Shown here: piece after piece, positions 44,635 to 53,381 of the stretch
Layout: each line of letters begins with the position of its first letter
Numbering within the stretch: position 1 is the stretch's first letter
Assembly: GCA_003231645.1 (NCBI GenBank)
Contig: QIIW01000151.1
Coordinates: 72,621-136,620, forward strand
Origin: Acidimicrobiia bacterium
GTDB lineage: Bacteria > Actinomycetota > Acidimicrobiia > Acidimicrobiales > Aldehydirespiratoraceae
Length of the DNA stretch: 64,000 bases
Direction: 5' to 3'
Made by a program: the position numbers and the translations under genes
Notes under the pieces: generated by a model
What the model was told of the DNA's origin: nothing
What the model saw: only the letters and a program-made list of their open reading frames with translations
The model's database searches: none

Positions 44635-45254
44635 GAGGGAAGTGGGCCCAAGGAATAAAGCCACGGCGCTTCACGTGGATCGTCAAGGACCGCGTGGCGG
44701 TATGTGAGCGCCCCGGTGGCTACGCCGACAACCATCGTCGAATCCGCCGCCAGGAAGAGATCATCTGGATTCGCCAGAACGAGTTCGCTTTTGTGGTCTC
44801 GTTGATCCCCTCCACTCACAATCTCCACAACTACGAGGAGATGGGGCTTCCGTTCCATCACGTACCGTTCCTCGGTCCGAAGGGCGGTCCGCTCGATCTC
44901 ACTCGGGCCATGGCGTCGATTCGTGATCACGTCGCGGCCGGCGAGAAGATCGTCCTCCACCGCGAGGAGGTCGGCGAGAGGGTGACGGGGCTCATTGCCG
45001 CCTACCTGCTCTGGTCGGATCTCGTACAGAGCGGTCCCCAGGCCATCAACGTGGCCGAGCACCTCTTCGGGAGTGAACTCGGTCCGGTGGCCAGACAGCT
45101 GGTGGCGATGGTGGGCGAATGCGACCCATCGGCCGACGTTGCGGTCGGGGCGTTCATCCACTGCGACGAACCCGACACCGACGGCGAGGACGACACTCTC
45201 CCCGACCCCGACGACGAAGCCCAACAACCGGCTGACGTCGCCGACCCGACCTGA
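44631..45254 (+). CDS. dual-specificity-phosphatase-fold protein lacking the P-loop cysteine, with an acidic C-terminal tail
   Basis: 207 aa. The layout RVAVCERPGG ... FVVSLIPS ... GLPFHHVPF ... KIVLHREEVGERVTGLIAAYLLW resembles a DSP/PTP-like fold. The segment where HCxxGxxR(S/T)G is expected reads HREEVGERVTG. ATGA overlap with the folP stop. Confidence 0.55.
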   Translation: MRGKWAQGIKPRRFTWIVKDRVAVCERPGGYADNHRRIRRQEEIIWIRQNEFAFVVSLIPSTHNLHNYEEMGLPFHHVPFLGPKGGPLDLTRAMASIRDHVAAGEKIVLHREEVGERVTGLIAAYLLWSDLVQSGPQAINVAEHLFGSELGPVARQLVAMVGECDPSADVAVGAFIHCDEPDTDGEDDTLPDPDDEAQQPADVADPT

Positions 45255-45263
45255 GATCGAGCT

Positions 45264-45626
45264 GTGACACTTCCGGTGATCCAACTACGAGGGCTCCGCC
45301 TGATGTGCGTCTGTGGGGCACTTCCCGAGGAGGAATCCCGGCGTCAGCCCTACGAATTCGACATCGACGTGGTGGCCGATGTGGAAGCGGCCACCGGCTC
45401 CGACAATCTTTCCGACACCATCGACTACGGAGGACTGCTCGACCGGATCGAGGCGGTGACTTCCGGCGAGAGGTTCGACCTGTTCGAGCGAATGGCACAA
45501 CGCGTGGCCTCCGCCGTTCTCGAGGATCCGAGGGTCGAGAGTGTGGTGGTCGAGATTCGCAAGCTCCGACCACCGGTCACGCAGGATCTTGCGTCGAGCG
45601 GCATCCGTTTGGTCCGTCACCGATGA
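45264..45626 (+). CDS. folB: dihydroneopterin aldolase
   Basis: IQLRGLRLMCVCGALPEE ... YEFDIDV ... SDNLSDTIDYG ... VVVEIRKLRPPV. Confidence 0.85.
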   Translation: MTLPVIQLRGLRLMCVCGALPEEESRRQPYEFDIDVVADVEAATGSDNLSDTIDYGGLLDRIEAVTSGERFDLFERMAQRVASAVLEDPRVESVVVEIRKLRPPVTQDLASSGIRLVRHR

Positions 45627-46138
45627 CCGATTCGGTCGAACGGCGTCCGACGGGCCGCCGCACGCGTCGAGCGTTCCTCGGGCTCGGCTCCAACATCGGC
45701 GACCGGGTCGCCCATCTCAGCCGCGCCGTCGCCGAGATCCCCGACGTCGACGCGATATCCGCCGTCTACGAGACCGTCCCGGTGGGTGGCCCCTGCCAGG
45801 GTGACTATCTGAATCTCGTCGTCCGCCTCCAGACCGCGTTGTTGCCATACGATTTGCTTGAGGTGTGCCGTGAGAGAGAGGCCGCCACCGAGCGGGTCCG
45901 TGAGGTCCATTGGGGGCCGCGTACTCTCGATGTCGACGTACTCTGGATCGATGGGGAGACACTTGATGAGCCGGAGCTCACGGTTCCCCATCCGAGAATG
46001 TTCGAGCGATCGTTCGTGTTGATCCCGCTGTCCGACGTCGGCGCTGACGTGGTGCCCACCGATTTCGACCACGCCGCGGCAGCGCGAAACGATGGTGTGG
46101 TGAGGGTCGGTCTGCTCGGTGAGTTGAGTGGCCCGTGA
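45623..46138 (+). CDS. folK: 2-amino-4-hydroxy-6-hydroxymethyldihydropteridine diphosphokinase
   Basis: AFLGLGSNIGDR ... SAVYETVPVGG ... WGPRTLDVDVL ... LTVPHPRMFERSFVLIPL. ATGA overlap with folB. Confidence 0.9.
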   Translation: MTDSVERRPTGRRTRRAFLGLGSNIGDRVAHLSRAVAEIPDVDAISAVYETVPVGGPCQGDYLNLVVRLQTALLPYDLLEVCREREAATERVREVHWGPRTLDVDVLWIDGETLDEPELTVPHPRMFERSFVLIPLSDVGADVVPTDFDHAAAARNDGVVRVGLLGELSGP

Positions 46139-46165
46139 CACCACGGTTCTGAAACGAGGTACGGC

Positions 46166-46912
46166 ATGCCGAAGCTGCGAATCATCGGACCCGGCCGAGC
46201 CGGGCTTTCGATGGCGGGAGCGCTGTCCGGTACCGATTTCGACGTGATCGAGGTACTCGGTCGCCACGACCCCGTGGATCAGGCCGCCGAGGGTGTCGAT
46301 CTCGTCGTGATTGCCACCCCAGATGACGCCATAACCGAGGTGGCAGCCGCCATCGCTGGAAACGACACCACGGTCATCGCCCACTTGTCGGGTTCGCTCG
46401 GTCTCGAGGTGCTCGACCCCCATCCGGTCCGGGCGGCCGTCCACCCTCTCGTGGCGCTGCCCGATGCCGCCACCGGTGCCAGGAGGCTGCGCGATCATGT
46501 CTGGTTCGCGGTGTGCGGTCATCCGATCGTTCGCGATCTGGTGGGGGCGCTGGGCGGCCGCCCGTTCGAGGTCGCCGACCACCACCGGGTTGCCTACCAC
46601 GCGGCCGCGGTGATCGCCTCGAATCATTTGGTCGCGCTACTGGGGCAGGCCGAGAGGGTCGCCCGGCGGGCCGGAGTGCCGTTCGACGCCATCCTCGATT
46701 TGGCGCGGGTCACATTCGACAACGTCGTGGAGCTCGGGCCCGCCGCCGCTCTCACCGGCCCGGCCGCCCGCGGTGACGAGGCCACCATAGTCCGCCACCT
46801 GGCCGCGCTCCCGGCCGAGGAGAGGTCGGCCTACGAGGCGATGGCTCAACAGGCGAGACGCCTGGCCGGTCGTCACCTCGTCGCACCGCCCACGGCCGAG
46901 GAGCGGTCATGA
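46166..46912 (+). CDS. Rossmann-fold + DUF2520-type oxidoreductase-like protein (candidate ketopantoate reductase substitute)
   Basis: LRIIGPGRAGLSMAGAL ... AVIASNHLVAL ... LTGPAARGD. It lies directly upstream of panC and overlaps it. Confidence 0.65.
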   Translation: MPKLRIIGPGRAGLSMAGALSGTDFDVIEVLGRHDPVDQAAEGVDLVVIATPDDAITEVAAAIAGNDTTVIAHLSGSLGLEVLDPHPVRAAVHPLVALPDAATGARRLRDHVWFAVCGHPIVRDLVGALGGRPFEVADHHRVAYHAAAVIASNHLVALLGQAERVARRAGVPFDAILDLARVTFDNVVELGPAAALTGPAARGDEATIVRHLAALPAEERSAYEAMAQQARRLAGRHLVAPPTAEERS

Positions 46913-47763
46913 AGGTCATCGAGACCGTCGCGATCCTGCGTTCCGTGCTCGACTCGCAGAGGTCGGGTGGTGCATCGGTCGGGTTCGTACCGACCATGGG
47001 CTACCTGCATGCCGGGCATGTTTCGCTGATCGAGGCCTCGGTATCGGCCAACGACCTGACCGTGGTGTCGATATTCGTGAATCCGCTCCAGTTCGCCGTC
47101 GGTGAGGACCTCGGGTCCTACCCGGTCGACATCGCCGGTGATCAACGGGCCTGCGAAGCGGCCGGGGCCGACCTGGTTTTCCTCCCGTCGGTGGAGGAGA
47201 TGTATCCGCCGGACAGGTCCACGACGGTCACCGTCGGGGGGGTATCGGAACCTCTCGAGGGGGAGTCGCGCCCGACACATTTCGCCGGAGTGGCGACCGC
47301 GGTCGCCAAGCTCTTCTCGATAGTCGGACCGTGCCGGGCCTACTTTGGGGCCAAGGACTGGCAACAGTTGGCCGTCGTGCGGCGCATGACTGCCGATCTG
47401 TCGCTTCCGGTCGAGGTCGTCGACTGCCCGATCGTGCGCGAACCCGACGGTCTCGCCCTGTCGAGCCGCAATACCCATCTGTCGGCCGAGGAGCGCTCCC
47501 AGGCCACGGTGCTGCACCGATCGCTGCTGGCGGGGGCCGCACTTGTCGAGGCGGGCGAGACGAATCCGGCCAAGGTCGAGGAGGAGATCACCCGGGTTGT
47601 CGCCACGGCGGCCCTCGCCACCCTCGACTACGCCGCGGCGGTGCCGGCCGACACACTCGTCGCCGACGGTGCCCTGCACGGTGAAGTCCGTCTACTGGTG
47701 GCGGTGCGATTCGGCCGCTGCCGACTGATCGACAACCACGGATGTCGTAGCCTGATCCCATGA
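46909..47763 (+). CDS. panC: pantoate--beta-alanine ligase
   Basis: GFVPTMGYLHAGHVSLI ... SIFVNPLQF ... THFAGVATAVAKLF ... GAKDWQQ. Confidence 0.9.
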   Translation: MKVIETVAILRSVLDSQRSGGASVGFVPTMGYLHAGHVSLIEASVSANDLTVVSIFVNPLQFAVGEDLGSYPVDIAGDQRACEAAGADLVFLPSVEEMYPPDRSTTVTVGGVSEPLEGESRPTHFAGVATAVAKLFSIVGPCRAYFGAKDWQQLAVVRRMTADLSLPVEVVDCPIVREPDGLALSSRNTHLSAEERSQATVLHRSLLAGAALVEAGETNPAKVEEEITRVVATAALATLDYAAAVPADTLVADGALHGEVRLLVAVRFGRCRLIDNHGCRSLIP

Positions 47764-48617
47764 GCGATGAACCCCCGATCGACCCGTCGAACCCACCGTC
47801 GGCTCCGGCCGCAGATTGGTATCCCGATCCCGGCGGAACCCATGAGCACCGTTACTGGGACGGATCCCGCTGGACCGACAGTGTTGCCGACCACGGCCGT
47901 CAGTCCGTCGACCCGCTCACCGGTGGTGGCGTCGTGCCCACCACCGGCCAGTCGGTCGAGAAGATCCGTCGGCAGGTCGTGGGCAAGGCGGGTATTGGTT
48001 CAGGGGCGATGGGAGGTGGCACGATCTTCACCGAGCCCGTTCTGGTCGTCAACCAGAAGGCCAAGCTCATCGAACTCAACAACGAGTACGCGATCTACGA
48101 CCAGAACGGCACCCAGATCGGGGCCATTCGCCAGGTCGGCCAGAGCGCCGTCAAGAAGGTTGCCCGGTTCGTGACCAGCCTCGACCAGTTCATGACCCAT
48201 TCGTTGCAGGTGGTCGACATGACGGGAGTGGTGCAACTCACCGTGACCCGCCCCAGGAAGCTGGCCAAGTCGAAGGTTCACATCGCCGATTCCTCGGGAG
48301 CGCCGATCGGATCGATCATCCAGAAGAACATGATCGGCAAGATCAAGTTCTCGCTGGTCGGGCCGGGCGGCGAGATCGGAACGCTCAACGGTGAAAACTG
48401 GCGGGCGTGGAATTTCAACATCAAGGACGTATCCGGGGTCGAGGTGGCACGTATCACCAAGACGTGGGAGGGCCTGGCCAAGACCATGTTCACCACCGCT
48501 GACAACTACGTGCTGCAGATCCATCGTCCGCTGGAGGAGCCGCTCCGGAGTCTGGTGGTAGCGTCGGCGGCATCGGTTGACCTGGCACTCAAACAGGACG
48601 CCCGAGGGCTCGGCTGA
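47760..48617 (+). CDS. DUF2510-type N-terminus fused to a scramblase/LURP-one-like beta-barrel domain
   Basis: The N-terminus is WYPDPGGTHEHRYWDGSRWTD. The body is LVVNQKAKLIELNNEYAIYDQNGTQIGAIRQ ... NWRAWNFNIKDVSGVEVARITK ... YVLQI. ATGA overlap with panC. Confidence 0.55.
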   Translation: MSDEPPIDPSNPPSAPAADWYPDPGGTHEHRYWDGSRWTDSVADHGRQSVDPLTGGGVVPTTGQSVEKIRRQVVGKAGIGSGAMGGGTIFTEPVLVVNQKAKLIELNNEYAIYDQNGTQIGAIRQVGQSAVKKVARFVTSLDQFMTHSLQVVDMTGVVQLTVTRPRKLAKSKVHIADSSGAPIGSIIQKNMIGKIKFSLVGPGGEIGTLNGENWRAWNFNIKDVSGVEVARITKTWEGLAKTMFTTADNYVLQIHRPLEEPLRSLVVASAASVDLALKQDARGLG

Positions 48618-48645
48618 GCGTCACCGTCCGCTAGCGTCATGATCC

Positions 48646-49437
48646 GTGCTACTAGCAATCGATGTCGGCAACACCCAGACGGTTCTGGGTCTCTACGACC
48701 CCGCTTCCGATATCGGGAAGGGGGCGGCAGCGGGTCTGGTCGACCACTGGAGGCTGTCGACCGATGCCGAGAGAACCTCCGACGAGATGTCGGTGTTGGT
48801 CCGTTCGCTGCTCGACACCGTCGGTGTCGACTTCGACCACGATCTCACCGGCGCCGCCATCTGTTCGGGTGTGCCGAGGATTCTCGCCAATCTCCGCGAC
48901 ATGGTCGAGCGCTACCTGCCGGTCGCCGCGGTGGTGATCGAGCCGGGGGTACGAACCGGAATGCCGATTCTCTATGACAACCCGAAAGAGGTCGGCGCCG
49001 ACCGGATCGCCAACGCCATAGCCGCCTACGACCTCTACGGTGGCCCCACGGTGGTCGTCGACTTCGGCACCGGCAACAACTTCGATGTGATCTCCGCCGA
49101 TGGCGAGTTTCTCGGCGGGGCAATCGCCCCGGGAATAGAGATCAGCCTCGATGCCCTGCTCGGGCGGGCCGCCGCTCTCCGGGCGGTCGAGCTGGTCGAA
49201 CCGCGCTGCGTGATCGGCAAGTCCACGGTCGAGTCGATCCAGTCGGGAACCGTTTACGGCTTCGCCGCGATGATCGACGGGATGGTCGCCAGGTTCGCGG
49301 CCGATCTGGGGGATATCAACGTTGTCGCCACAGGCGGCCTGGCCCACCTGATTGCTCCGGTGGCCACGTCGATCCAGCAGGTCGAGCCGTTCCTGACCCT
49401 CCATGGTCTCCGGATAGTCCATCAGCGGAACAAATGA
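48646..49437 (+). CDS. coaX: type III pantothenate kinase
   Basis: LLAIDVGNTQTVLGLY ... GADRIANAIAA ... VVVDFGTGNNFDVIS ... ATGG. Confidence 0.9.
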   Translation: MLLAIDVGNTQTVLGLYDPASDIGKGAAAGLVDHWRLSTDAERTSDEMSVLVRSLLDTVGVDFDHDLTGAAICSGVPRILANLRDMVERYLPVAAVVIEPGVRTGMPILYDNPKEVGADRIANAIAAYDLYGGPTVVVDFGTGNNFDVISADGEFLGGAIAPGIEISLDALLGRAAALRAVELVEPRCVIGKSTVESIQSGTVYGFAAMIDGMVARFAADLGDINVVATGGLAHLIAPVATSIQQVEPFLTLHGLRIVHQRNK

Positions 49438-50897
49438 TGAGCGAACAGGCAGGCCCACCCGACCACCCGCCGGTTCCCTACCGGTTCGACGTCACCCACT
49501 CGACCCACGATGTGGCGATGACCCACCCCGATCTGGAGCCCGGGTCCGAGACCGACGACATCGTGACCATCGCCGGTCGACTGATGCTGCGCCGCGACCA
49601 GGGGAGAATCGCCTTCGGCACCCTTCAGGATTCAAGCGGCCGCATACAACTGTTCGCCACCACCGCGCTCACCGAGGATTTCGGCGGCTTCACGGAGCTC
49701 TCGATCGGCGACTGGATCGCGGTCACCGGAATTGTGATGACAACCCGCCGGGGTGAACTCTCGGTGCGGGTCGACGAGTGGACGGTGCTGGCACACGCCC
49801 GCCGGCCCTTCCCCGACAAGTGGCATGGCATCTCCGACCCGGAGGTTCGCTACCGCCAGCGCTACGTCGATCTCTGGGTGAGTGAGAACTCCCGCAACGT
49901 CTTCCGGATGCGTTCGGAGATCATGTCCGCCCTCAGGCGACGTCTCGCGGAGCAGGATTTCGTCGAGGTCGAGACCCCGATGCTGCATCCGATTCCGGGC
50001 GGGGCATCCGCCCGTCCGTTCACCACCCATCACAACGCCCTCGACACCGAACTCTACCTGCGGATCGCTCCGGAGCTCTACCTCAAGCGTTTGGTGGTCG
50101 GCGGGATGGAGCGGGTATTCGAGATAGGTCGGGTGTTCCGCAACGAGGGCATGTCGACCCGTCACAATCCCGAGTTCACGATGCTCGAACTCTATTGGGC
50201 CTACGCCGACTACCACCAGATGATGGAACTCGTCGAGACCCTCATCGAGGGTGTGGCCGTCGACGTACTCGGCTCGGCCCGGATCAACTACGACGGCCGC
50301 GAACTCGACCTCACCACCCCGTGGCGTCGGGCGACCATGGAGGAGCTGATCCTCGAACACGCCGGCGTCGAGGTGAGCCTCGATACGCCCCGCGACGACC
50401 TGGTGGTCCTGTGCGAGGAGTTCGGAATCGAGGTCCGTCCCGGATACGGGTCGGGCAAGTTGATCCTCGAGATCTACGAGAAGACCACCGAAGCCGAACT
50501 CTGGGGGCCGATCTTCGTGACCGACTACCCCGAGGAAGTCTCGCCGCTGTCGCGTGACCACCGCGACCGGCCGGGCTACACCGAACGATTCGAGGGTATC
50601 CTCGCCGGCCGCGAGCTGCTCAACGCCTTCAGTGAGCTCCTCGACCCCGTGGAGCAGATGGCCCGTTTCACCGCGCAGGAAGCCGAAAAGGCCGCCGGTG
50701 ACGACGAAGCGATGGTGATCGACTCCGACTACGTGAGGGCGCTCGACTACGGCCTTCCGCCCACGGCCGGTCTCGGAGTCGGAATCGACCGCCTGGTGAT
50801 GCTGCTCACCGACTCCACGACGATCCGCGACGTGATCCTGTTCCCGACGTTGCGGGCCGAGTCTCCTCCGTCCACCCGGCCGGCGGCCGACGGGTAA
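49434..50897 (+). CDS. lysS: lysine--tRNA ligase (class II)
   Basis: OB-fold IAGRLMLRRDQGRIAFGTLQD. Motif 2 is FRNEGMSTRHNPEFTMLELY. Motif 3 is GLGVGIDRLVMLL. ATGA overlap with coaX. Confidence 0.95.
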   Translation: MMSEQAGPPDHPPVPYRFDVTHSTHDVAMTHPDLEPGSETDDIVTIAGRLMLRRDQGRIAFGTLQDSSGRIQLFATTALTEDFGGFTELSIGDWIAVTGIVMTTRRGELSVRVDEWTVLAHARRPFPDKWHGISDPEVRYRQRYVDLWVSENSRNVFRMRSEIMSALRRRLAEQDFVEVETPMLHPIPGGASARPFTTHHNALDTELYLRIAPELYLKRLVVGGMERVFEIGRVFRNEGMSTRHNPEFTMLELYWAYADYHQMMELVETLIEGVAVDVLGSARINYDGRELDLTTPWRRATMEELILEHAGVEVSLDTPRDDLVVLCEEFGIEVRPGYGSGKLILEIYEKTTEAELWGPIFVTDYPEEVSPLSRDHRDRPGYTERFEGILAGRELLNAFSELLDPVEQMARFTAQEAEKAAGDDEAMVIDSDYVRALDYGLPPTAGLGVGIDRLVMLLTDSTTIRDVILFPTLRAESPPSTRPAADG

Positions 50898-50900
50898 GCC

Positions 50901-51860
50901 ATGCGCATCGTCATCACCGGAATGGGCGGAGCGACAGGCACCGGTATCGCCCAGAAACTCGAACGCGACCCCGACAACGAGATTCTCGGCGTCGACATGG
51001 TTCCGCCCCGGCGGCATCTGCGTCGGGCGGAATTCCACCTGGTGCGCCCCGGAGAGGTTTCACTGCGAACTCGACTCATCCGCGACTTCGATCCCGAGGT
51101 CATCGTCCACATGGGTGTATACGAGCCGCACGCCAGATCGAATCCGGCCGATTCGACCCGGCGAACCAGGGCGGTCACCAGGTCGGTCTTCCATGCCGCT
51201 CTCGACTGCGGATCGCTGCGTCACGTGGTGGTGAGGTCGGGCATCGAGGTCTACGGACGTGAGCGCGGCACCGCGCTTCGCCCCGACGAGGATGCCCCGG
51301 TCAACCCCACCACCCGCTTCGGCCGGGCGCTGGCCGAGGTCGAGGAGTCGGCGAGGGCGTTCTCGTCACTGCGCGACATCCCGGTCACGGTTCTTCGGTT
51401 TGCACCGATCGTGGGCCCCTACATTCCGAGTCCCCTGGGTCGATTCCTGCGCCTTCCGGTCGTGCCCGTGGCGGCCCCGATCGATTTACCCATCCAGTTG
51501 ATACACATCGACGATGTTCACGACGCCACCGTCGCCGCGGTGAGGGCACGCGTCGGAGGGGTGTTCAACATCGTCGGAGACGGAGCGATCACCGGTTCGC
51601 AGGCCGCCAGGCTCGGCCATCGTCCGGTCGTACCGGTCTGGGGTCCCGGCTGGCAACTTTCGAGGGCGGTCACCGCGGTGTTCGGGGCGCCTCTGCCCGA
51701 ACACACCGCCGAGGCCATGCGCCGGGGCCAGACCGCCGATGGCGGCCGGGCCCGAACGGAACTCGATTTCGTGCCCGGCAGGACCACCCGTGAATGCGTC
51801 GAGGATCTCTACGAATGGGCCTCGATCATCAGGGTCGATGTCGATCGGGGGGCAGCGTGA
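50901..51860 (+). CDS. extended-SDR (NAD-dependent epimerase/dehydratase)-like protein with substituted catalytic YxxxK
   Basis: The Rossmann motif is IVITGMGGATGTG. The segment aligned by eye to P..YG.sK reads PTTRFGRALAE (Tyr to Phe, Lys to Leu). Confidence 0.6.
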   Translation: MRIVITGMGGATGTGIAQKLERDPDNEILGVDMVPPRRHLRRAEFHLVRPGEVSLRTRLIRDFDPEVIVHMGVYEPHARSNPADSTRRTRAVTRSVFHAALDCGSLRHVVVRSGIEVYGRERGTALRPDEDAPVNPTTRFGRALAEVEESARAFSSLRDIPVTVLRFAPIVGPYIPSPLGRFLRLPVVPVAAPIDLPIQLIHIDDVHDATVAAVRARVGGVFNIVGDGAITGSQAARLGHRPVVPVWGPGWQLSRAVTAVFGAPLPEHTAEAMRRGQTADGGRARTELDFVPGRTTRECVEDLYEWASIIRVDVDRGAA

Positions 51861-52516
51861 CCTGCGGCATCCTGAGGGCGCCGAAGGACTTGTTCGATGC
51901 CCAGATCGGTTCGGTCCGTTGTCTGTTGCGTCGGGTCGATGGTCGTTTTGAGATGGACCCGTGGGGTTTCGACCCTGAGGTTCATTCGGTGCTCATGTCG
52001 CTGGGGCGTGCCCGCTGGGACCTCGAGGTCGCGGGCCTGGGACACGTCCCGGAGTCCGGTCCGGTCCTACTGGTCGTCCAGCGGAGGCTGGGTCTGTCCG
52101 AGCAGGGTGTCGTGAGCCTGGCGCTGGCGTCCATCGGCCGACGGGTGCGTCGCGTCGGAATCCCCGGACCCGAGTTTCTCGAGGCCCCGCTGCGTCTCAC
52201 CGGAAGCGTGATGGCCGACCCGGCCGAGGTCAGGGGCTTGTTGCGCGACGGCCACGTTGTGTCGGTTCCCATGTCCCGTTCGTTCTGCGGCGACACCCCG
52301 GGTTCGCTCGACCCGCTGGTTCTCCAGCCCGCGGTCGACATGGGCGTTCCGGTTCTGCCTGTCGCGGTCCACGGACTCGAGTGGGGTCGCAAGTGGCAGG
52401 TCATCGTCGATGCCGCGGTGACCGCACCATCCGAGGATGGCCGCCTCGGTGCCATCGAGATGGCCGGCCGGGCTCGCGACGCTGTCGCGGCGATCGTCGC
52501 ATCGGGAGGTAACTGA
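51857..52516 (+). CDS. PlsC-like acyltransferase-fold protein without the HX4D motif (tentative)
   Basis: GLGHVPESGPVLLVVQRRLGLSEQG resembles the block that normally carries NHxSxxD, but His and Asp are absent. GTGA overlap with the upstream gene. Confidence 0.4.
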   Translation: MTCGILRAPKDLFDAQIGSVRCLLRRVDGRFEMDPWGFDPEVHSVLMSLGRARWDLEVAGLGHVPESGPVLLVVQRRLGLSEQGVVSLALASIGRRVRRVGIPGPEFLEAPLRLTGSVMADPAEVRGLLRDGHVVSVPMSRSFCGDTPGSLDPLVLQPAVDMGVPVLPVAVHGLEWGRKWQVIVDAAVTAPSEDGRLGAIEMAGRARDAVAAIVASGGN

Positions 52517-52517
52517 C

Positions 52518-53381
52518 ATGGGTTGGGTCACCTCTGACGATTTCGTTCGCGTTCATTACGTCGAGTGGGGCAAACCACGCGGTGAACCGATTCTGTTCCT
52601 CCATGGTCTCGGCACCGACCACATCGGATGGGCCCTCCAGCGTCGGGCGTTCGGCGCTGACTACCGATGTATCGCCGTCGACAATCGCGGCTCCGGTCGC
52701 TCCGACAAGCCGGAGGGTCCCTACGACCTCGAACAGTTGGCCTTCGACGCCATTCTCGTCCTCGACAAGCTCGGTATCGATTCCGCCCATGTGATCGGAG
52801 CATCGATGGGGGGGGTGATGTCGCAGATAATCGCCGTCCGCTATCCCGAACGGCTGAGATCACTGACCTTGGCCTGCACCGCTTGTTCGGTGGTCGCGTG
52901 GCGGGAGCAACTGTTCGAGGGATGGGTCAGGCTGATTCGGGAAAAGGGCATGCGTGAGTTCGCGGTCCACAACCTCGAATGGATTTTCGGTCCACGGTCG
53001 TTCCGCCGTCTCTATCCGATCGCCGTTGTCCTCGGCCCCTACCTGCTGCGGGCTTCCGAACGTGGTTTTCTCGCACAGGTGGAAGCGCTCGGCGCGATCG
53101 ACCCCGGAATCGCCGATCAGCTGTCGTCGGTCACCGTTCCCACGCTGGTCATCACCGGCAGCCAGGACATACTCACGCCGGTGGCCGACGCCGAGGAGAT
53201 CGCCTACCGGATCGACGGCAGCGAGCTGGTGATCATCCGGGGCGCGGCCCACGGATTCATGGTCGAGCAGGCTGTCTCGTTCAATCGGGTCGTGAAGGAC
53301 TTCGTCGATCGCCAGTGTCTGTCGGCTTCAGCCGAGAGGCGCCGCGGCCCGATCGATGATGTGGTCGGCGGCGGCGCGTAG
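52518..53381 (+). CDS. alpha/beta-fold hydrolase
   Basis: ILFLHGLGTD ... VDNRGSGRSD ... nucleophile elbow IGASMGG ... GAAHGFMVE. GGGAGG precedes ATG 52518. Confidence 0.8.
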   Translation: MGWVTSDDFVRVHYVEWGKPRGEPILFLHGLGTDHIGWALQRRAFGADYRCIAVDNRGSGRSDKPEGPYDLEQLAFDAILVLDKLGIDSAHVIGASMGGVMSQIIAVRYPERLRSLTLACTACSVVAWREQLFEGWVRLIREKGMREFAVHNLEWIFGPRSFRRLYPIAVVLGPYLLRASERGFLAQVEALGAIDPGIADQLSSVTVPTLVITGSQDILTPVADAEEIAYRIDGSELVIIRGAAHGFMVEQAVSFNRVVKDFVDRQCLSASAERRRGPIDDVVGGGA

